Both the position numbers and the translations under genes were made by a program. From positions 1-28,449 of the IMG/VR virus record IMGVR_UViG_3300048073_000003: DNA of 28,449 nucleotides, one strand, 5' to 3'. Source of the DNA: a virus (taxonomy: Duplodnaviria; Caudoviricetes). Shown here in pieces: positions 24,425 through 28,449 of the stretch (within the stretch, counting starts at the first letter, position 1; each line of letters starts with the position of its first letter). The notes under the pieces are model-generated. The model did not search any database. It had not been told where the DNA came from and was given only the letters and a program-made list of their open reading frames with translations.

Positions 24425-24531
24425 GCGTTGATCCTCTTCCATGCGAAGCGTATGGCAATGCACAGCGCACAACCGGCTAGTACACCGAAGCCGAACACGG
24501 TGAAGTACGAGTCAAGCGTACAGACCAACAT
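24421..24531 (-). CDS. 36-aa single-pass membrane microprotein (not in the ORF track)
   Basis: TAATG start and GTGA end overlaps; MLVCTLDSYFTVFGFGVLAGCALCIAIRFAWKRINA. Confidence 0.68.
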   Translation of the reverse strand: MLVCTLDSYFTVFGFGVLAGCALCIAIRFAWKRINA

Positions 24532-24824
24532 TAGGCTGCAGCCTGTTCTTGCGGCAGTAGCGTGATCTGCGAAATATTGCCGACCAGATTGCCGTACTTA
24601 AGCACCTGACCGTTCTCGTCCACAGCGCAAGAGCCGTTCAAATCGAACTCGTCCATAGCTCTTTGCGTGTACATCAGCGCCTGCCCGCCTAGTGGAGATA
24701 GCAGCACTTGATCATTGTTGGCTGTCCAGCCGAGCGCTTTGGCCAGCGCGTTGTCCAGCACTACCGGAAATTCGGTATCACTGCCTGCGCGCAAACATTC
24801 ACTGTACGTATGCAAATCCATCAC
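24531..24824 (-). CDS. Hypothetical protein (about 97 aa)
   Basis: SD GGAGG; overlaps the helicase stop. Confidence 0.65.
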   Translation of the reverse strand: MMDLHTYSECLRAGSDTEFPVVLDNALAKALGWTANNDQVLLSPLGGQALMYTQRAMDEFDLNGSCAVDENGQVLKYGNLVGNISQITLLPQEQAAA

Positions 24825-26035
24825 TTCCTCCGTGGTTTCGAGAGATACGCGTTGTAATCCGGCTCAAGGAACATCGGGAAGCGAAAGTCTCGCTTACCCA
24901 GCTTGTTCTTCAGCCCGTTGAGCATTCGGCGCTTAGCAGCTCTGTACTGCGGATTGGAGCCGATACCCAGAATCAAATCGCACGCTGCCTGCACCGACGT
25001 GTTTGACCAGTCGATGTCACTCATGCGCAGCTCTAGCTTGTCGTCTGCCTTATCCCCAGCCTGCGTCATGCTGAACGCGACAAGCGCGTACGTGTTCGCC
25101 ATGCGGCGGATCTCGCGCGCGATCTCGCCGAGCGCAAGCGTGCGGTTCTCGCCGCTGGCCTTAAGGTTGTGCATCTGGTCAACGAACAGAGCATCTGGCC
25201 GATGCTGCCGTACCAATCCCTCAAGTACGGCAAGTTTCCCATCGGGCTCGTGTACGAGTACCAGTCTCTCCATGCCAGATGCCAACGCACGCTTCTCGGC
25301 TTCCGCGCCGAGTCCGCTAGGATCGGCTTCGATTGCTGACCATGTGTACGCACCGCCTCCTGCGAGACGTGAGATAAACCGCGGCAGGTATCTGACATCG
25401 GACTCCTCGTTACAGACATACAGCACCTTGGCGCCTTGCTTTAGCAGCGAGCACGCCTGGTTGATGGCGAACATCGACTTGCCGGCGTTCGGCCTACCGA
25501 ATATGACGATGTGATCGCCGCGCAGTAGCCCGCCGCCGAGCTCGTCATTCAGTAGTGCCGGACTGAGCTTCCAACGCTTTCCTGTACGCTGTTCAAGCGC
25601 CTCCATTGATGGCCGGACACTGTTTGTGACGGCATCCCTGGATAGCTCTTGATAGCGGTCAATAAGTCGATCAACACGGTCATCCTGCGGGTTCTTGTCG
25701 CCCAGCGCGGCAGCCAGGTCGAGACCAATGCGACGTCGCCGAAGTAGCCGGTACTCTGTCGTAACGTTCTCGGTTGACACTTCGCCAGGAATACTTGCCA
25801 GGTACTCCAGAGCAGCGCTTGACTGCTTTGGGCTCGGGTACAGCCGCGCGATCGTAGAACTGACCACATCACGATCAACTCGCGATGCAGCTGGGTCACG
25901 TTTGTAAAACTGAACAACAGCGCGAACGACCAGTTGCCCGTACTCACTGAAGTCATTGGGATCGAGCTTGCCTGCGAGTCGGTCATAGGCTTTACGGTCC
26001 TGCAGCATTGCGGCAAGCAGTTGAGATTCATCCAA
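24821..26035 (-). CDS. DnaB-like (SF4) replicative helicase
   Basis: LNDELGGGL..G, Walker A GRPNAGKS, YVCNEE, Walker B LFVDQ, MTQA, QAACDLILGIG, KNK. Start re-placed to TTG 26035 (SD GGAGG). Confidence 0.92.
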   Translation of the reverse strand: MDESQLLAAMLQDRKAYDRLAGKLDPNDFSEYGQLVVRAVVQFYKRDPAASRVDRDVVSSTIARLYPSPKQSSAALEYLASIPGEVSTENVTTEYRLLRRRRIGLDLAAALGDKNPQDDRVDRLIDRYQELSRDAVTNSVRPSMEALEQRTGKRWKLSPALLNDELGGGLLRGDHIVIFGRPNAGKSMFAINQACSLLKQGAKVLYVCNEESDVRYLPRFISRLAGGGAYTWSAIEADPSGLGAEAEKRALASGMERLVLVHEPDGKLAVLEGLVRQHRPDALFVDQMHNLKASGENRTLALGEIAREIRRMANTYALVAFSMTQAGDKADDKLELRMSDIDWSNTSVQAACDLILGIGSNPQYRAAKRRMLNGLKNKLGKRDFRFPMFLEPDYNAYLSKPRRK

Positions 26036-26816
26036 GCCGCGCCTCCACTTCCGTGTCTGAGCAATCCTTGATGTCGCGCTCGAGCAGTACAGCGCGATCA
26101 ATCCACGCATGCTGCTTAGCCAGCTGGCATGCGTCGCCGAACGCATCCGCGTCCAGCGCCAGCAGCACAGGTGCGGTGACGTAACGCTGCAGCTCCTCAG
26201 CTCGGTCCACACTCAGGTGAGTGCCTAACAGCGCTACCGAATGCCAGCCGAGCTGCCAGCAGCGCATGGCGCTTAGCTGATCCTCGACAATCACCGTGCC
26301 TCGCGGCACGGCCTTGCGTCGGTACCACGCCTGCCACGGCTCGTCCGCGATCTTGTAGCTGTCGACCTTCTTGCCCCAGGCGTCGAAGCGTCTAACCGTT
26401 CCGCCTCGGTTACTACCAGTAGGCCCGCGCACAGGCAGATACAGTGCGTGCTGCATGATCACCTGACGCACATCGAACAGCTCTAACGTGTCGTCGCGTA
26501 GGCCATAGCGCTGCATGTACTGCGTAGCAGCGTTGCTGGTATACGTCAGGTCGTTGAGGTACGGGCGTGGCTCAAAGCCGCTGGTGATCGCTGGCGCGTC
26601 ACCTTCAACCAGCCAAAGCTTTGCCGACTCTCCGCACTTCAGCCGGTAGCACTTCAGGATGAATTCGTTAGCGATCCTGAAGGCGCCCAAGCTGCGCTCG
26701 TGCGAGTCACCGCCGTTGCAGTACGGGCACAGCAGGCCAGTCGTGCGAGACGCACCTGACTGCAGTACAGCCTGCAGGTAATCAGGTAGCTCGCTTACGG
26801 ACCGCAACCGCCTCAC
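26028..26816 (-). CDS. DNA primase (zinc-binding domain plus TOPRIM)
   Basis: CPYC...CYRLKC; VIVEDQLSA, VALLGT, LALDADA, DIKD. Start re-placed to GTG 26816 (GTGA overlap). Confidence 0.9.
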   Translation of the reverse strand: MRRLRSVSELPDYLQAVLQSGASRTTGLLCPYCNGGDSHERSLGAFRIANEFILKCYRLKCGESAKLWLVEGDAPAITSGFEPRPYLNDLTYTSNAATQYMQRYGLRDDTLELFDVRQVIMQHALYLPVRGPTGSNRGGTVRRFDAWGKKVDSYKIADEPWQAWYRRKAVPRGTVIVEDQLSAMRCWQLGWHSVALLGTHLSVDRAEELQRYVTAPVLLALDADAFGDACQLAKQHAWIDRAVLLERDIKDCSDTEVEARLG

Positions 26817-27199
26817 GGCGTTTCCAGCACAACCCGCGAGCGATCGCTGATAAACACCGTCTCGAGTACCGCTCCGTCCTCGTCCTGGTAGGCAAGATCC
26901 TCCGGACCAGGACACACGTAGGCATCCACAATCAGCCCACTGCGGTCATACGTGAGCACCCAGCACGCGGAATAGACGTGCGTCTTGCGCAGCCGTCCGG
27001 TGCCTGTGGCGCACGTCGTCGTCACGGTCAGCTCGGTGACGGCGTTCGAGTCCTGAAAGCCCAGCGCGGTCTCGTTCCACTGCCGTCCACCGCACGACTG
27101 CGGTAGGTACTGCGACATGTCGCCAGGATTCAGCACCAACGTATCCGCGAAGACTGGCGCGGCGAGCGCCAGCAGACAGGCAAGAATGAAACTACGCAT
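26813..27199 (-). CDS. Exported protein with a signal peptide
   Basis: MRSFILACLLALAAPVFA|DT; four Cys in the mature region; coupled to both neighbours. Confidence 0.75.
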   Translation of the reverse strand: MRSFILACLLALAAPVFADTLVLNPGDMSQYLPQSCGGRQWNETALGFQDSNAVTELTVTTTCATGTGRLRKTHVYSACWVLTYDRSGLIVDAYVCPGPEDLAYQDEDGAVLETVFISDRSRVVLETP

Positions 27200-27393
27200 T
27201 ACTCTTCGTCCTCTGTTGATTCGTACACACGCCGCCAGTTGGCTTCTTCGTCGTGAAAGTCCAGCTCCTCGAGCTCCGGCTCCCCCTCGTCCTCGTCAAT
27301 CAGGCCGAGCTCAAGCGCAGCAGCTAGAGCGTCGTTGTTGTATTGCTTGCGCCAAAACGGACAACAGGCGTCAAGCTGCTGCAGCAACGTCAC
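27199..27393 (-). CDS. Highly acidic 64-aa protein
   Basis: 20 D/E versus 4 K/R; overlaps neighbours by 1 nt on each side. Confidence 0.7.
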   Translation of the reverse strand: MTLLQQLDACCPFWRKQYNNDALAAALELGLIDEDEGEPELEELDFHDEEANWRRVYESTEDEE

Positions 27394-27653
27394 TAGAACC
27401 CCGCGGCTGCCGCGATAGCGTCCGAGTCCGGACCAATCGGCTGGTCATTGCTGATTACGCGACTGTGCACAAGGGCATGTGCAGCCTCCATAGCGTCCGC
27501 ACCAACCAGCTCCTTCACCAGATCGTCGTAATCACTCCACTCGTTGAACGCCGGTACTTCGCCTTTAGTTACAGCGAGCATAGCGTTGACGACAACGCTT
27601 TCAGGGAGATCCAACGTAAGCTCTGTGCCACCTTCGACCTGTCGAAACTTCAC
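27393..27653 (-). CDS. Acidic hypothetical protein (86 aa)
   Basis: SD AAGGAGG with GTG start; 15 D/E versus 5 K/R. Confidence 0.75.
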   Translation of the reverse strand: MKFRQVEGGTELTLDLPESVVVNAMLAVTKGEVPAFNEWSDYDDLVKELVGADAMEAAHALVHSRVISNDQPIGPDSDAIAAAAGF

Positions 27654-27766
27654 TTGCTAGCCTCCTTGGCTTTCGTCATCGGCGTACCGCACACCGGACA
27701 CCGTTGTTGCTTCTGCAGCGGCTTGCTGATGTGGCAGCCTCTGCACTCGTACTGTTCACTCTGCAT
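27650..27766 (-). CDS. 38-aa zinc-ribbon microprotein (not in the ORF track)
   Basis: SD GGAG; MQSEQYECRGCHISKPLQKQQRCPVCGTPMTKAKEASK; GTGA overlap with the next gene. An in-frame ATG at 27808 is an alternative start. Confidence 0.72.
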   Translation of the reverse strand: MQSEQYECRGCHISKPLQKQQRCPVCGTPMTKAKEASK

Positions 27767-27814
27767 GTCAACTCCGTACACATGAGGACAAGTTTTTGCC
27801 CTCTCCATATCCAA

Positions 27815-27845
27815 TTCAAGTGAAGCGTTTAGCTGTAGCTGTCAA
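27815..27845 (-). promoter_or_regulatory. Possible sigma70-type promoter for the early/replication genes
   Basis: Perfect TTGACA at 27845-27840, but no good -10 hexamer at 16-18 nt spacing. Confidence 0.3.
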
Positions 27846-27888
27846 CTCGTACCAGCGTGCTGGGTGTTCCCAATTTGTACCCAACATG

Positions 27889-27910
27889 CCAGATCGAACC
27901 AGATCCAACC
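27889..27910 (+). repeat. 10-bp tandem repeat in the left attP arm (candidate Xis/RDF sites)
   Basis: CCAGATCGAA CCAGATCCAA CC. Function is inferred from position. Confidence 0.55.
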
Positions 27911-27976
27911 GTACGAAAGCGATTTGCGGGCGCCCATCCGTACTGTTGAAAAACAACTACATACACATCGCGCTGA

Positions 27977-28024
27977 GCGTTCGGGACGCAGGGGCCGTAG
28001 GTTCAAATCCTATCACCCCGACCA
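27977..28024 (+). tRNA. 3' half of tRNA-Pro(CGG); att core, not a complete gene
   Basis: GCG-TTCGGGA-CGC anticodon loop, T arm GTAGG-TTCAAAT-CCTAT, acceptor strand CACCCCG-A-CCA. No D arm or CGGGGTG 5' strand upstream. Confidence 0.88.
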
Positions 28025-28040
28025 ATAAATCCCAGGCTAC

Positions 28041-28449
28041 TCAGCCACTTACGGAAGCGACGATTGGCGAGCTCTGCGCTTCACCTACCGTTTGCTCCCG
28101 TTTTGCACCCACCACTCTAAGCACCGTACCGCGGTCCTGCCGCTCGATTTTGCGCACGCACTCAAGCAGGTGATTCAGGTCAGCTGCACTGTAATGCGTA
28201 GTCACGTCGTCATTCGTATGACCCAGCAACGCCTTGCGATCCTCGAGCGACACGCCAGCCGCACGCAACCGGTGCGAGAACGTATGTCGCAGATCGTGTA
28301 CGCGTAGCTGTGGCAAGCCAGCTCGCACGCGTGCTTTCTTCCATGAGGAATTCAGCACGCGCGTCAGCTGGTGCCCGCGGAACGTAAACACAAACTCCTT
28401 GTGCTGCCCTCGCAGCTCGTCCACCACGCGACGCGCTGTGTCGTTCAGC
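28041..28449 (-). CDS. int: Tyrosine integrase, C-terminal catalytic part (gene continues beyond the window)
   Basis: HDLRHTF (H-x-x-R), LLGH, TTHY (catalytic Tyr); the frame is open to the window edge. Confidence 0.93.
   Translation of the reverse strand, partial: LNDTARRVVDELRGQHKEFVFTFRGHQLTRVLNSSWKKARVRAGLPQLRVHDLRHTFSHRLRAAGVSLEDRKALLGHTNDDVTTHYSAADLNHLLECVRKIERQDRGTVLRVVGAKREQTVGEAQSSPIVASVSG

Larger units (their letters stand above)
27865..28112. mobile_element. attP site (tRNA-Pro core flanked by arm-type repeats)
   Basis: TGTTCCCAA/TGTACCCAA (27865, 27876) and TGCTCCCGT/TGCACCCAC (28093, 28104), both pairs 11 bp apart and in the same orientation, flank the tRNA fragment next to the integrase stop. 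Confidence 0.82.
1..28449. mobile_element. Temperate podovirus-like bacteriophage genome segment with two convergent arms (resembles the SIO1/cobavirus-type layout)
   Basis: Continuous, tightly coupled phage genes: packaging, head, tail, ejection and lysis on +; integrase and a PolA-based replication module on -. No host housekeeping genes seen. Confidence 0.96.

Noticed and set aside
27940-28024. Complete phage-encoded tRNA-Pro gene
   Set aside because: The D arm and 5' acceptor strand are missing and the anticodon stem has only 3 bp; it is an att core.
1-28449. Apparent absence of GGATCC and visible frequency of CTAG
   Set aside because: By-eye scan only. Only about five GGATCC would be expected from its sub-words, which is weak given 64 palindromic hexamers, and CTAG does not exceed compositional expectation.
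1-28449. CRISPR array, rRNA, IS element or phage RNA polymerase promoter series
   Set aside because: No regularly spaced repeats, transposase or recurring 20-bp promoter motif seen.

Overview
The whole window is bacteriophage DNA (about 60% GC by eye) from a short-tailed, podovirus-like phage with two convergent arms. The + arm (1-16263) encodes the terminase large subunit (5'-truncated), an inserted endonuclease VII-type HNH nuclease, portal, scaffold, major capsid, adaptor, nozzle, tail fibre, a JAB/DUF4329-like protein, three ejection proteins and a lysis cassette. The - arm (28449-16378) encodes a tyrosine integrase (truncated by the window), small early genes, primase, DnaB-like helicase, family A DNA polymerase, SSB, 5'-3' exonuclease, Holliday junction resolvase and a nucleotide-metabolism cluster. 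The arms meet at back-to-back intrinsic terminators (16295-16349). Next to the integrase stop is the 3' half of a tRNA-Pro(CGG) with matching 11-bp-spaced repeats on both sides, which reads as an intact attP of a temperate phage in its non-integrated form. The most notable observations are: (i) a stand-alone JAB-motif protein inside the virion operon; (ii) an HNH gene that appears to have inserted into the last codons of terL and rebuilt the same VSGF C-terminus with different codons; (iii) a readable attP that would split the integrase from the replication operon; (iv) a coupled diphosphohydrolase / N-glycosidase / phosphoesterase cluster; and (v) a lysis cassette with an exported protein but no recognisable spanin. 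All family assignments come from motif recognition by eye, not database searches. Several start codons were re-placed, and four microprotein ORFs absent from the ORF track were added.
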